Shown here in pieces: positions 28,602-43,150 of a stretch of 64,000 nucleotides of DNA. The notes beneath the pieces are model-generated. The model was not told where the DNA came from, did not search any database, and worked only from the letters and a program-made list of their open reading frames with translations. The number at the start of each line of letters is the position of its first letter. Position 1 is the first letter of the stretch. The stretch covers positions 5,828,001-5,892,000 of the forward strand of contig OX597832.1 in assembly GCA_951406725.2 (NCBI GenBank). Direction: 5' to 3'. The stretch comes from Octopus vulgaris. Taxonomy: Eukaryota. The position numbers and the translations under genes were made by a program.

Positions 28602-28914
28602 ACACACAAATATATGGTAATACACACGACCTGTAAGAGATAGCTTTCAGCCGGGACATCGGTTCAAGCTCTGGAGAGTGAAGGAATAATATACGAACCC
28701 CCGAAGGGAACGTTTTGTAACATAACCTTCTAGACATGTTAAACAATTCATCATCAGTTAACTACGTCATCAAACCACTTCGTATTCATTTGCCTTTCTA
28801 TTGGTATAGACAAGGGAAAGCCTTTTATGACATTTCTATCAGAGATATCTTTTACGTAGTCAGAGCCGAAGAAGAACAGTGCCAACAGCATTGCTGGTCC
28901 ATTTTCCTTTCTGA

Positions 28915-29215
28915 AATCAGTATTCCGATATAAACCTTTGCAAATCAACACTCACGGGAAAGAGTAATAGAGTGGACTTGCATTCTGGGAAGTAAGGACT
29001 GAGTGTACTGATTTGTGCCGGTACCTTGAGAACTTGTACACAACATGAGTGATGAGAAGAGGGAAGAATGGTACAGGAATTGTTGAGCGGAGAGCTAGCT
29101 GTAAGGAACACAGACCATTTATAATTGCCCGAGTAAAAGGCAGAGAGAAGATGTATATCTCGCCTACGGGCAAGAGGCTGGAATGTGTCTGTAAATTGGT
29201 TCTTATCTGGATGCG
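28915..29215 (-). pseudogene. CR1/L2/Jockey-group LINE 3' fragment
   Basis: FTDTFQPLARRR...YNGLCS...FPVSVDLQRF resembles the C-terminus of APE-type LINE ORF2. Confidence 0.6.
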
Positions 29216-29558
29216 GTAAAATATTTGTTTTCAGCAGCAGTAGCAGCAGCAGCAGCGGCAGCAGAAGCAGCGGCAGCAGCAGCAGCGGCAGCACCGCTGC
29301 TCCACTTTAGGGTTAACGTGAGATTTGCGAAGCATCAAAAGGTGTTGGAGACTGAAATATCTTCTGGCTTTGCAGAGAAGGACTGGTTGTTATGAAGTGA
29401 TCCTAGTGATGTTCAGAAAATGCTTTCGCTAATCTAAATAAATAAATAAATGTGTTAATATATAAATGAATGAATAAATGCAATACATTCCTATTGTCTT
29501 ATGTATGTATGCATGTTTGCATGTATATGTGTATGTTAGTATTGCACGTTACGTGTGC

Positions 29559-29596
<38 letters not shown>

Positions 29597-29994
29597 TTAG
29601 TTTAAGGTTTGTTCTAGTCGAGAAATTGTTAATTCTCTCTATAATGTCAATATGACATCACAATTTTGTTAACGTTTATCTGGAAAAATGATTTGTAAAT
29701 TAGCTTTGATTTCTCAACATTTTCTGTCACTTCCCAAATTTCGCAGCGACTGGAGACTTGGATTTAGGTAGGTTCAGGGTTTCACCCACACATGTGAAGA
29801 CTAGTGTAAAATTAAATCATCTTCACCTTGCTTTTAGCAATTGTGGTGGGTAGTTTTAGGTAACCTTGATATCTTAAACACTGTGTAACAAGCTAATGTT
29901 ACTTCAACGTTGGCTCTTGAGACAGGAACTTGAAACATATTCTCCACTCTCGTTGCATTCACATAGAATATTTTATTGAACACAACCGTGCGAT

Positions 29995-30060
29995 TGTAAA
30001 GAGAATATAATGTAAAGAGAATATAATGTAAAGAGAATATAATGTAAAGAGAATATAATG
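29995..30060. repeat. 16-bp minisatellite (tgtaaagagaatataa)x4
   Basis: Direct reading. Confidence 0.9.
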
Positions 30061-30323
30061 CGCTCTTAAATCGTTTCTGATAGGCATATGAGTCCAACCT
30101 GAATCATAGGCTTCACTCTGTCATACTTTCCACAGAATATTTAATTGGACACATATGATGTAAAGGGAATATTACTGTATGTACCAATAAAGTATTATGA
30201 AGACGAAATAATGTTTACCTAACTTATGTCAATAATATGGATATGAACATGGTGAGTATTTCAATAAAATGTACATTTATTGCTATTAAATTAGTTGAGA
30301 ATATTTTCAAGATATTTCTGTAA
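30060..30323 (+). repeat. ~265-bp direct repeat, copy 1
   Basis: Near-identical to 32077-32340. Confidence 0.9.
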
Positions 30324-30759
30324 AGATAATATAATGTAAAGAGAATGAACACTAAAATAATGGTTACACTTTATGTAATCATTCCTGCGTTAACGGAGTA
30401 TATGACTAAAAATATGGTGAGTATTTTATTAAAATATGTTTGTTGTTATTAAAATACTGAGGAATATTTACGATATATTTCTGGAGTAAAGTAAAATAGC
30501 TTCATTATTTGTTCGACAAAATTCAGATATCATGTGGTATCATAACTTCACAAGTCTTAGGCTACAAGTGTGTATATGATGAACTTGAGGGTATGAATGC
30601 ATGCTAGAGTATGTAGTTAGTGTCGATTGGTCTCCTTCGCACTGACTTTGTCTATGTCTGTCTGTCAGTCTTTCTCCCTCTCTCTCTTATCCTCCTTGTA
30701 TGTCTTTCTCATTTGCTGTCGCCCACTCTCTCGCTCTCTGTCAGCCTGCTGTGATCAGA

Positions 30760-31195
30760 CACAACGAGAAGGTCAGTTCACTCGACACGCTGTCCTGAAT
30801 GACATACTTAGAGGGGACCTCGATGCTGCTGGCTTCTTGTCACAACTGGAGCCGGTAGTTTTGGCTGCAGGGATGGTAAGCGAGGCAACAATCCTCTTCC
30901 CATACGAGGGAAGAAGATCTGGGACGCGACGTGCTGCGACACGTCTCCAGCTCCAGCCTTGCAGCATCGGCTACAAACCCGGGTATAAACATATACAGGA
31001 ACCTAACTGGCCGCTATCAGTTTGTGCCGGTCACCACCGAGACTTCCGGTGTTCTTGGACCTAGCACTGCCAATTTCCTCCGCAAAATCGGGGTAACTGC
31101 GGCTCCGCTAGGTGTGTAGGCTGCTGCAGCGATTGTCGCTGGTCATTCTCCGCGGCAACGCCTTTGTAATTATGTCTGCGAGGCGCGACTTAATA
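30760..31195 (+). pseudogene. CRE-like RLE non-LTR retrotransposon 3' fragment
   Basis: GQFTRHAVLNDILRGDLDAAGFLSQLEP...IWDATCCDT...YQFVPVTTETSGVLGP...LQRLSLVILRGNA. Confidence 0.75.
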
Positions 31196-32076
31196 CACCA
31201 TTTATTCTCTCTCCCCATCTTCTGCTGCTTAATTACACAACTACCACAGGTAGTTAATTAGGTAAGTTATACTGGATAATATTCTTTACAATTCATTTCC
31301 TACTTGAAAAATCTCTGTTCACTGGTGAAAGCAAATTTGAGATAACAATATCTTACGTATACGCATAAGATACGTCAGTTACAACCAGGAGGCATTTACA
31401 TAATAATAATAATATAAATAATATATAAATATATGCATATATACATACATATATGTACATACATACCTACATATATATGTATATATACATGCATATATGG
31501 GTACAGGACATCAAAAAAAAAAAAACGTTGAACACAATGAGAAACGAAAACATAAAAACAAAACCATAGAAAACGAACTTTTTTTTGAACAACGAAAAAA
31601 CAGAGAAACGGGACATGCAACACAAATCCCATGACTTTAGTTTAATAAATTTTAGTCTTTATTATTTATAATTTAACAAAAACAAAAGTCGAAAGAATCA
31701 TTATGACGTCACAATATTGGTAACGTTTGTCTTGGCAATATAAAATAGCTTTGATTTAGTCTCTTTCTCGCTTTTGCCAAAATGAGGTTTGTACGAAATC
31801 GTTTCTTGGATTGATAGCCAAGAATCGAAACACTAACCCAGATTTTCCTACAAGATCCTTTCCTTTATTTCCGGCGTTAATGCTCAGAAATTTATGAAGT
31901 CACCCGTCAAACTTATCTTGGTTCTTTTGTTTGAATTAGAATTCTGCGGTCATTTGAATGTTATCATAGATAAGGCATTTAGTTTTGCGGTCAGTAATTT
32001 TTCGTTTCCACACGCTGTATGACTTTCGCTTTCTAGCAAGCAGCCTTTCCTAACAGACACACATCTAAGGGCGCGC

Positions 32077-32340
32077 GCGCTCTTAAATCGTTTGTGATAG
32101 GCATATGAGTCCAACCTGAATCATATGCTTCACTCTGTCATACTTTCCACAGAATATTTAATTGGACACATATGATGTAAAGGGAATATAACTGCATGTA
32201 CCAATAGAGTATTATGAAGACGAAATAATGTTTACCTAACTTATGTCAACAATATGGCTGTGAACATGGTGAGTATTTCAATAAAATGTACATTTATTGC
32301 TATTAAATTAGTTGTGAATATTTTCAAGATATTTCTGTAA
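32077..32340 (+). repeat. ~265-bp direct repeat, copy 2
   Basis: Near-identical to 30060-30323. Confidence 0.9.
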
Positions 32341-32744
32341 TACAGTATTATAGTTTCGTCATTAGTTCTTCGATAAACTTACTATATCACCATAGTTACA
32401 AACGCAAGTCTAGAAGTGAGAATGTTAATGGGCTTGTGTGTAAGCGTGTACGTTAGAGGTTGTATCTGTATGTCTTCTTCATTTTCTGTCTCTCGCTCTA
32501 TCGTCCTCTCTTTATCTCTCTCTCTTAACACACTAAATATGCACAATCGAAATCTCATTCAATTTAAAATCTACTATTTTATGTAGAAATTTGCGCTTGA
32601 ACCAACTAAGGAGCAATATAACCTCAAACTACATCTTACTTTTGATTGTTCCAAGAAAAATGGTGGCCAGATGTGTTACAATTATCAACCAAGGCTCATT
32701 TCATCTCCAAACTACTCTCATCTTCCTCTGTACATGAATACATA

Positions 32745-32964
32745 CCTATTTCTTTACTACCCACAAGGGGCTAAACATAGAGGAGACAAACAAATACAGA
32801 CAAACGGATTAAGTCGATTATATCGACCCCAATGCGTAACTGGTACTTATTTAATCGACCCCGAAAGGATGAAAGGCAAAGTCGACCTCGGTGGAATAAC
32901 GTAACGGCAGACGAAATACGGCTACGCATTTTGCACGGCGTGCTAACGATTCTGCCAGCTCGCC
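32745..32964 (-). mobile_element. SINE family A
   Basis: Reverse complement of the family A consensus with a small internal deletion. Confidence 0.85.
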
Positions 32965-33014
32965 ATTGATAATCGTAATACATGTAGAAGGAAAATCTCC
33001 TTCTAATCGTATAT

Positions 33015-34023
<1,009 letters not shown>

Positions 34024-34978
34024 CTACAACGGTATATCGCTATTTGGGATCGCAACCTTCTAGAAGTATTAAGAAGTTCCTCTTCAAATCATATCACACA
34101 CCTAAGGTTTTGCCTTATATAATGTCATGAACTAAAGTGGGAGCCTCTTTATGATACTTCTCCCAAACAGATTTGTTTTTACTTAGTGGCTTTGTGGTCC
34201 CCACCACCATTGCTACGGATAGATGCCATCGATATTCCACTTGAACCATTGCAAATCAACGCTTGCGAGAAAGATAACAAAGACATGTGAATTTGCGTTT
34301 GCAACTATAGTGACAAATAAACTTTATCGAACAACTAATAAAGAAACTATTTTATTTTATAACAAATATCTCGAAAATATTCTCAAACATTTTAAGAGAA
34401 GAAACAGGTTTTTCTATTGTTAAAATGCACATAATTATTTTACTACTATTTAAAGTCATGTTCTCCTTACAATCAAACACTAAATAAAAATATTTTGTTC
34501 TGGAGCGAACGTCTGATGGGGAGTAAGTTAATAGCGAATCAGCTACGTCAAATACGCGGAGCCAAACGGCTGTGCCAAAACGTCTCATAACCTGTCCTAC
34601 ATACACAACATAATGACAAATCCCTAGCGCTGTTCTTGTCCATCCAAATTTATCTGAAAGTTCAAAACAGTTTTCAGTTACAAAGAGTAACTTAGTCTGC
34701 TAATAGATCTGAACTAATGTTTAAGAGAAAATAAATATAAATAAAATGTTGTTTATTTTATTGGTGACGAGTGAAAATGAGAGAATGAATTCATGACCAG
34801 AGTTCTAATAAATAAAAACCACAATACCTTGTTTATGTATGTGAACAATACTTTGTTCACAGTCGAAAATCTCAGACCATATTGTTTGCCGCGTAACAGG
34901 TGGTGCCATATCAAAGAAAACAATATTTCTGAGTTACAATGCTAGTCACGATGGACAACAGCAGATATTGAAATACAA

Positions 34979-36643
34979 TCTTAACATATAAAATCTGTGC
35001 TGTCTATCTGTCTGTCTGTGCGCTTATAATTCGAGTATTGTTCAGCCGATCGTGCTGAAATTTTAAACATGGATACATGACAGAGCGGAGCGTTCCATAA
35101 TCCAAAATAAAAAAAAAATCGAAATAATTAATTTCAAGGTGAGAATCGCTATTTTTGCAATATTTTTGTCCTGTTTGTTCCGCCATTAAAATAAACCAGT
35201 TACTCAAACAGCCGGCACATACAATTTCGCTAGCAACAAGAGGAGTACAGGATGACAGTCACCCAAAACCGTCGCTATTCTGTCTCTCTTATGACGTCCG
35301 ATTCCACTTGCAGTTGTATATATATTGTGTTAAGATTCGTTATCAATCAGTTATTCTTATTGAGAAGAAAGAGTCAAAAGTAACCACCAAACATCTCCAC
35401 TACTTAATACCGTCCAAGTTATCCCTCTTCACCTTTACAACTGAAATGAAAAGCTATGCAAAAAACGCGTAAAATTTTTGGGTTAATAATCTTAATCTTT
35501 AGTTTCTCATTGAAACTACATAATAGGTTGGATTAAGACAGTAGGGTGTTTTGAGGGAAATTTGGCTGCTATTTCTACCAGGTCTAGCTACTATGTAGCG
35601 GTCTCCCTCATTGGCTCATACATACATATATACATAATATCGAAATAAAATACTTAAAGTATTTTATTTAAAGCACAGAAAAGACGTAATCTTTCCAGAA
35701 ACAAGTATAAAGCAAGGAGAATTGTAGAAAACCGAAGGCAAGAGTCTAAAGAGAGATGAGATTTTCTTAAGATCAGCAAATGCATGTTGCAGCACTTAAT
35801 GCTGGATTATTGACTCGATGTTTTAATGATTAGACAGAGGTTCAGTAGAATAGCTCTCAGAAACAGACTACGTACAAATTCATTCTTCACAACTCCTGAA
35901 ACTGTTTTCAGACACGATCCATTCCATTCTTATAAAAATGATAACTCTGTCCAAATTGGTGTGCTAAAAACAAATTGTCGTTTATGTAGAGCTTTAAAAT
36001 TTTCAAATGAAACAAATGGTATGTGCTGCTCAGGCGGTCAGGTAATATTGCCAACACTACCAGCTCCTTCTCAACCTCTGATGGATCTTCTAGAAGGCAC
36101 TTCCATCCAGTCAAAGGATTTTCTGAACAATATCAGACAATACAACTCTGCATTTCAAATGACATCGTTTGGTGCATCTAAGAAGATAGATAAACATGAA
36201 TTTACGCCGACGTCAAAGTTCAAGGGCAAGTCTATCACCTCATTGGTTCCCTGTTACCCGCAAATGAACAACCACAGTTCCTCCAAATTTACTTTATGAG
36301 TGATGTAGGACGACAAACCCGATGGAAGTGTCAAAATTTCAGATGATGGATCGTGTTTGACACAGCGCCGACTGCTGCAAGGAGAGTATATCCATTGACA
36401 GCTTTTCGGCGCGTTCAAAAATCACATAACCTCCACCTCCAATTTTCCATGACAGGTTAGGGCCTGAAATACTCCAAACGGACGCATAGCATGTTGCTTA
36501 GATGAATTAGCCCAGCATTTACTCTACAAATGTTTTGTTTTCAGTGGTGCACTTTCCCATATTATCTGTTTCAATATTACTGTAATATATTATATACAAA
36601 CTATGCCATTTTAATCCTGAGCAATGCTGGGTATTTCTGCTAG
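34979..36643 (+). mobile_element. Internally deleted Helitron
   Basis: A|TC 5' end; 3' cctgagcaatgctggg hairpin-like + CTAG|T; ORF 35826-36299 CRLCRALKF..E.NGMCCSGGQV.LP...FLNNIRQYNSAFQMTSFG is the RepHel N-terminal zinc-finger region. Confidence 0.85.
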
Positions 36644-39534
36644 TTCTATATAATAACACTTGTTGCTTCGAATTAGTTACCTAAATAATTTTCTTTCAAT
36701 GATAAAACGGTCGAGGTTGGTATTTTACTATTGTGATACATAATTCCACATTTTCTAGTACAGGCAGAAAGTGAAAAAAAGTATCATTCGTAACCTCATA
36801 TCGCTGTCGTTGTAGTAAGGCTGTGAATAGGCAGAATCAGTCGAACGTCTGAAAAAGATGCCTTGTAATAAGTTCTGGCTCCCTGCGTTCTAAATTCAAA
36901 TCCCAGAGTGAATAAATAAAGTACCAGCCCTTTATTGGGATTTCTTATTGTCCTTCTCTTTCTTCTCCTTTCTACTCTCCCCCAAAATACAGATAATGTG
37001 CTTCCTGACTCATTTTGTACATGAGCGTACTAATGAGTTCATAGATTGATAAGCAGACTGCTATAGAATGAATTCTGTCAACTTGACTATTTTTATATGC
37101 AATACAAAAATGAAATGACCAGAAGGGAGTGAATGCTCCAGTAAACGCTGTGTAAACGGGCTCAATTCAATTTCAAAGGGTAACCAGTTAAAACTACTTC
37201 TCTCTGAATAAGAGCTCCTCTTTATCGGCGCTGTTGTTTCGTCTCAGGTCAACTCTGATCACGAAATTCTATGATTAAGATGCTTTAGCTGTAAATTACG
37301 CTACCTTTTAATCAGTGCTATTTTGACCAAGCCGAGCGACCACGAAGTGATTCCATCGTTGGTAGATTAAATTTGTTGCTTATCATTGCATTTAAAGCAA
37401 GTGGTTTTTAACTATCTAGCAGAAATGTTTGAGTACCGGACAACAAGCCATGCAGTATAAATTTACACTTTGTAATCTCTGTTCAAACCATACTTGAGTG
37501 TTATACATCCGAAACCAAAACAGTTATCATCTATCATGAACTAAAGTCAGTTTAATCAACTGATTTTTAGCGCTTTTCGCTGACTTTCATTATTTTCTTA
37601 CACAACTCTTTGTGGATTATTTGAACGGAACGGTCAAATTTTAATTTGTTCATATCAAAAGTTTGCATCAAGACACATAAAATCGTATAACATTTTATAT
37701 AAGACAAACGATATACAACATGTTAAACAGACAATGTTTACCTTATTTTATTAAAAAACTTCAACAATCGATATCGTCCATAACAATATCGATTCTTTTC
37801 TTAGGTTCAATGATGGTTGGTTCTATGTCATGCAGTTAAAGTTAAAGATTCAGATCTTATAAATGCATTTAAGTTGGATGCTTTCAGAGATGTATAATTT
37901 TAAACTTTAATGCTATTGAGCAAGGAGAAAACACTTTTAGCACCTACTGAGTGTTCAGTCGGTGAAAGAGTAATTATAAATTTTGATAATGAAGGGAAGT
38001 GATATTCGTTTCCACAATTTGCTTCAGATATGGTAAACAAAAACTTTTCAGGCATATTCTTACGTTAGGTAGTTGATCTTGCCATATCTAGTCTCTATTC
38101 TTAATTTGTTCATAATGTTTATTATGAACAAAACTGGAAAATTTCAGAATTAATGGTATATTTGATTTTGGTTAAATCCAACAGCTTAAGCAACTCTGAC
38201 TTTGCAAAATAAGAAGTACTGAAACATCCGCTTCTTAAAGCAAACAGAAATTTAAAATATTCACTCTAAATTCTTATAGTTCTTTAAAGGCAATTTCTAT
38301 TGAGTTATCAAATCGATGCTTTCTACAATAAATGTCAGGTATCTGAGATGTGCTGAAAGACCATAACTTTCTTCGAAAACAACAGACGTAAAGACGAAAA
38401 AGAAAAGTGCAAGGCAAAGTTCTAAAATTATTTCTTCATCTTGTTTCATGGAAAGCCATGATGACGATTGGCAATTGTAAACTTTGAATTTATTTAGATT
38501 AGGACTATTGCTTAAATATTAATAAAACTTCTCGGTTGACACTTAAATAATAGAGCAATTCAGTGCAAATGTGGTGAATGGCAAACGCAAAGCTGAGGAA
38601 CTTCTTTTTTTTCTCCTTACACAATTTCTAAAACAAACCAAAAATTTCGGGCGTCGTACCAAACGCATATCAGGATGAAAATAATAGCAATTCTATACGA
38701 GTGTGCCAACTTTGGCAGCTCAGTACTTGATGTGTTTATTGCAGATTGCCATAGTTTTGTGCAGATTACAAAGTTCGCCCCTCCCCCTCCCCTCTCATAG
38801 GAAACCGTTCTCACTAGTGAAATTGTATCCAGGACAACATCTTCTAGTTTAACAACGTTGTCGTTACTTACAGCAGTGATTATAGCGCCCTGTGTATCTA
38901 TTTGCAGGTTGATGGACTGGCCCATTGCAAACTGAAGGTGTCTTTATCTAGGACAGAAGCTAATGTCAGTGTTTGAACAGAACTCGAACCACCGACCTGT
39001 CTGCTGGTTGCCCGACATCTTATCGACTGAACTCATTGCACTCTTGAGAACTTGCTTTATAAGCCAATGACGTAGTTCTATCCGCTAGAAATAGCAGCCA
39101 AATTTCCCTAAAGTCACATTGTACTCCGTTAAGAAGGAAGAATACTCTGGATGATGTAGTTCTAGATTCACCATGTTTGAAAACAAGCTGGTATGTATTT
39201 CATCGTGGTACGACATGGATCAAGCCTGTCATGGTACTAAACTACTAAACAGCAGCAGCAGCAGCAGCAAGAACTATAACAAAACAACTAGAGTTGACTT
39301 ACAGTAATTACTTCCCTCCTCGAAAACCCGTCGGGGTCGATTTTACATTTCCGTGGCCGATAAAATAGACGCCAGTTAAATTCGATCGAATATACATCCC
39401 TGTTTCAGCATAAATAACTGACGGAATTATTAAACAGAAATCAATTTTCTAGAACAGGAGGAGACACATGAGATAGAGAGTCGCTGAAGAGGTCACAGGA
39501 GGTGTGATGAAAGATTTTAGACAAAATACACTAA

Positions 39535-39535
<1 letters not shown>

Positions 39536-39611
<76 letters not shown>
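39536..39611. repeat. (TAA)n microsatellite
   Basis: Direct reading. Confidence 0.95.
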
Positions 39612-39612
<1 letters not shown>

Positions 39613-40072
39613 TTGGTATAAATATTGGGGCAAATATTCTGCTCAGTACCACAGATTTGCTTGTCAGTTGTTTGACCATAACTAGTTCAGCATTCCCGTA
39701 GTGGCTGACAATATGTGCATCTCTGATCACGAGTAGAAGTAGTGGGGGAGCATCATAGCTATGTGTTGAGAGGGATTCTTTGGGGTTTGAATAATTCACC
39801 TCTGGAAACATGGTGTTTCGTTCAACATCCTTAAACAACCCTTATTCAAGGGCCTTTTGAGCGGGTTGGGTTACTCGACCAGAAGAAAATTCTGGTCTCA
39901 CCAGCAAGGTCATGTGCTATTTATCTTGATATGAGATCACCATGTCGCGTACATATGGTTGTGATGCATGTGCCTGGTGTATCCTTATCAGACGGGTAGT
40001 CATGATGAGTATACTGGGCTTTGTATATTTTACCCCAGTGTCACTCTGATGGCATGCACTGCTCTCTCGCTC
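39612..40072 (+). mobile_element. Non-coding ~460-bp insert flanked by (TAA)n on both sides
   Basis: Sharp boundaries within a TAA array; more GC-rich than flanks; no recognisable ORF. Confidence 0.5.
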
Positions 40073-40300
<228 letters not shown>

Positions 40301-40905
40301 AAGGCTGAAGTGAACAAGTATACAGTGCGTGTTATTAATTGGCAAAAGAATATGACCGTCCCCAGATATAACAATGATTTTCTAGTACCTCAAAATTTAC
40401 TCTATTGAATTGACCCTGACCTTTGGACTGCCAGGTGAACTGAGCCAGAGACCCTATCAGTTTTAACCAGCTGCAAGTCTTGTTTCGATGAAGACACGTG
40501 TTTATACAATGTGATATGTTACAGTAAACCTGTTCCCTCTTACTCTCGTCTCACAGCTGTGTCAGAAAATAGATGACTGTAAAAGATACTACACAAAGAA
40601 TTCAGCCAAGAGTATTTGGCAAAAGAATTAAAAGCGAAAGAAGAGAGAAAGAGAAAGAGCGCGAGTGTGCGCGTGTGCGCGTATGTATGTGTGAGGGAGA
40701 GAGGGAGAATGAGAAAAAATGAGTGACATGTGCGTGTGTGTGTGTGTGTGTGCATATATACACCCACAGACTCATCCACACACATATATGTATGTGTATA
40801 GATACATGAGAGAAGGAGAAATAAAGAATAGAGAGGAGGAAAGGAAGAAGAGATGAAAGAAGAGAGGAAATGTCAAAAAGTATGCCCACACACACACGAA
40901 CACGC

Positions 40906-41031
<126 letters not shown>

Positions 41032-41109
41032 TTAAAATGATAGCAAGATTAATATGAGGAATTAAACAGATTGACTGATAAAGAGATACAAATAGTCTCC
41101 TCCACTTAC

Positions 41110-41181
<72 letters not shown>

Positions 41182-41631
41182 CTATTTAGGTCGATAGGCA
41201 GACAATGAAAACGACCGAAATACAGAAAGAAGAAGATGGATAGGGTCAGGAGCATACATTGAGGAGGTTTGGTGAGAGTTCTGTGACGATACAGTGACGT
41301 TAAGCAGAACATTACACCGCACAAAAGTGGTAAGTAATGTAAGTCTGCGAGTACTACTTAATAGACGGAGTAAGAAGTCTGACGCGAGCGCAGATACGCC
41401 CCGCCCACTGTGTTACATGTGTCAATCAAAAACTGCTATTTGACAGATGTAACTTTGGAAATTTATGGGAGGACATAGCAGCCAAAAATTTAGAGTAACA
41501 TTGTCGATTTCTAGACAGTTACATTTGAAGAAAAATGTTTTCGAGAAACTAACTTATTTAAAAAGACAAAATCTTAAAAATTATTCCGTTCATCGATAAG
41601 TTCCAGAGACAAAAATAAAATGCCGTTGCAT

Positions 41632-42060
41632 GCGTCTCTGTATGGTAGGAAGCTTCCTTCTCAACCACATGGTTTCGGGATCAGTTCCATAGCGTGGCAC
41701 TTTGGGCAAGTGTCTTCCACTATGGCCCCGAGCCCACCAAAGCCTTGCAGTAGGAATTGATTGTTGGAAACTGAATGAAGCCCGCCGTATATATATATAT
41801 GTTTGTTTTGTGTGTGTGTGCGTGTATGTGTGTATGTTTCTCCTCCCACCGTTTGACAACCGTTGTTGATATGTTTATGTCCCCGTACCTTAACAGTTCG
41901 GAAAAAGAGACCTATAGAATAATTACCAGGGTTACAAAAAAAAGAAAAAAGAAAAGGAAAAGGTACTGGGGTCAATTCATGCGACTAAAAGTTCTTCAAG
42001 GCGGTACCCCAGCATGGCCACAGTCTAATGACTGAAACAAGTAAAGGATAAAAGATGAAA
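41632..42060 (+). mobile_element. SINE family B
   Basis: actttgggcaagtgtcttc core; ccagcatggccacagtctaatgactgaaacaag tail. Confidence 0.8.
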
Positions 42061-42101
42061 GACATAATTTAAGTTAAAGAAGAATTCAATATTTGTTTCT
42101 C

Positions 42102-42600
42102 TGGCAGAAACGCTTGCACGCCGTGCGAAATGCTTAGCGGTATTCGTCCGCCGCTGCGTTCTTAGTTCAAATTCCGCCGAGGACGACTTTGCCTTTCATC
42201 CTTTCGGGGTCGATAAATTAAGTACCAGCTGCGCACTGGGATCGATGTAATCGACTTAATACATTTTTCTGTACTTGTTTGTCCCCTCTATGTTTAGCTC
42301 CTTGCGGGCAATAAAGAAATAGGTATTTCGTCTGCCGAAGGCGACGAGCTGGCAGGCCGGGCGAAATGCTTTGCAGTATTTCGTTTGTCTGTCCTTGTTT
42401 GTCCCCTCTGTGTTTAGCCCCTTGTGGATAGTAAAGATATAGACATTTCGTCTGCCGCTACGTTCTGAGTTCAAATTCCGCCGAGGTCAACTTTGCCTTT
42501 CATCCTTTCGGGGTCGATAAATTAAGGACCAGTTGCGTCCTGGGGTCAATTTAATCGACTGGCCCCCTCCCCCCAAATTTCGGGCCTTGTTCCTAGAATA
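42102..42600 (+). mobile_element. SINE family A rearranged multimer
   Basis: Three overlapping head/body/tail units in tandem. Confidence 0.8.
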
Positions 42601-42759
42601 GAAGTTTTGTTTCTTCTCTTATTTTTGACAAAGTACGAAAAACTTCGCCCAAGACGTTTAAGCTGTTAAAACATAAAGTTGATACAAGAGTCCAGCATGG
42701 TCGCAATCTAATGACTGAAACAAGTAAAGGCTAAGAGACCAAAACAATAAACTTTTTAT

Positions 42760-43150
42760 CTTTTTTCTTTTATCTTTAATTTTGTTTGTCAGTGGATGGT
42801 GGCCCATGAAGATTTTTCGTCAAACAAATCGAACTCAGTTCTTATTGTTTTTTAAGCCTGGTACATATTCTATTGGTCTCAATAGCTGAACCGCTAGGTC
42901 ATGAACATCTAAACAAACCAACACAGGCCGTCAAGTGGTGGGAGTGGAAAAAACACACACGCACGCACGCACCCACACACATACACGCACATAAATATGA
43001 AGGGATTCTATACAGTTTCCGATAGCCGATTCCCTTCGCGAGGCTTTGGTCGGCCCGTGTTTATAGTAGAAAATACTTGTCCAAGCGCCATGTAGTGGGA
43101 CTGAACCCCAAACCACATAGTTAGGAAACAAACTTCTTACCACACAGCCA
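42760..43150 (-). mobile_element. SINE family B
   Basis: Minus: tggctgtgtggtaagaag...gggttcagtcccact...ttggacaagt. Confidence 0.75.

Noticed and set aside
29995-30060. Short regular repeats as a CRISPR-like array
   Set aside because: Contiguous 16-bp units with no spacers, in a eukaryotic context
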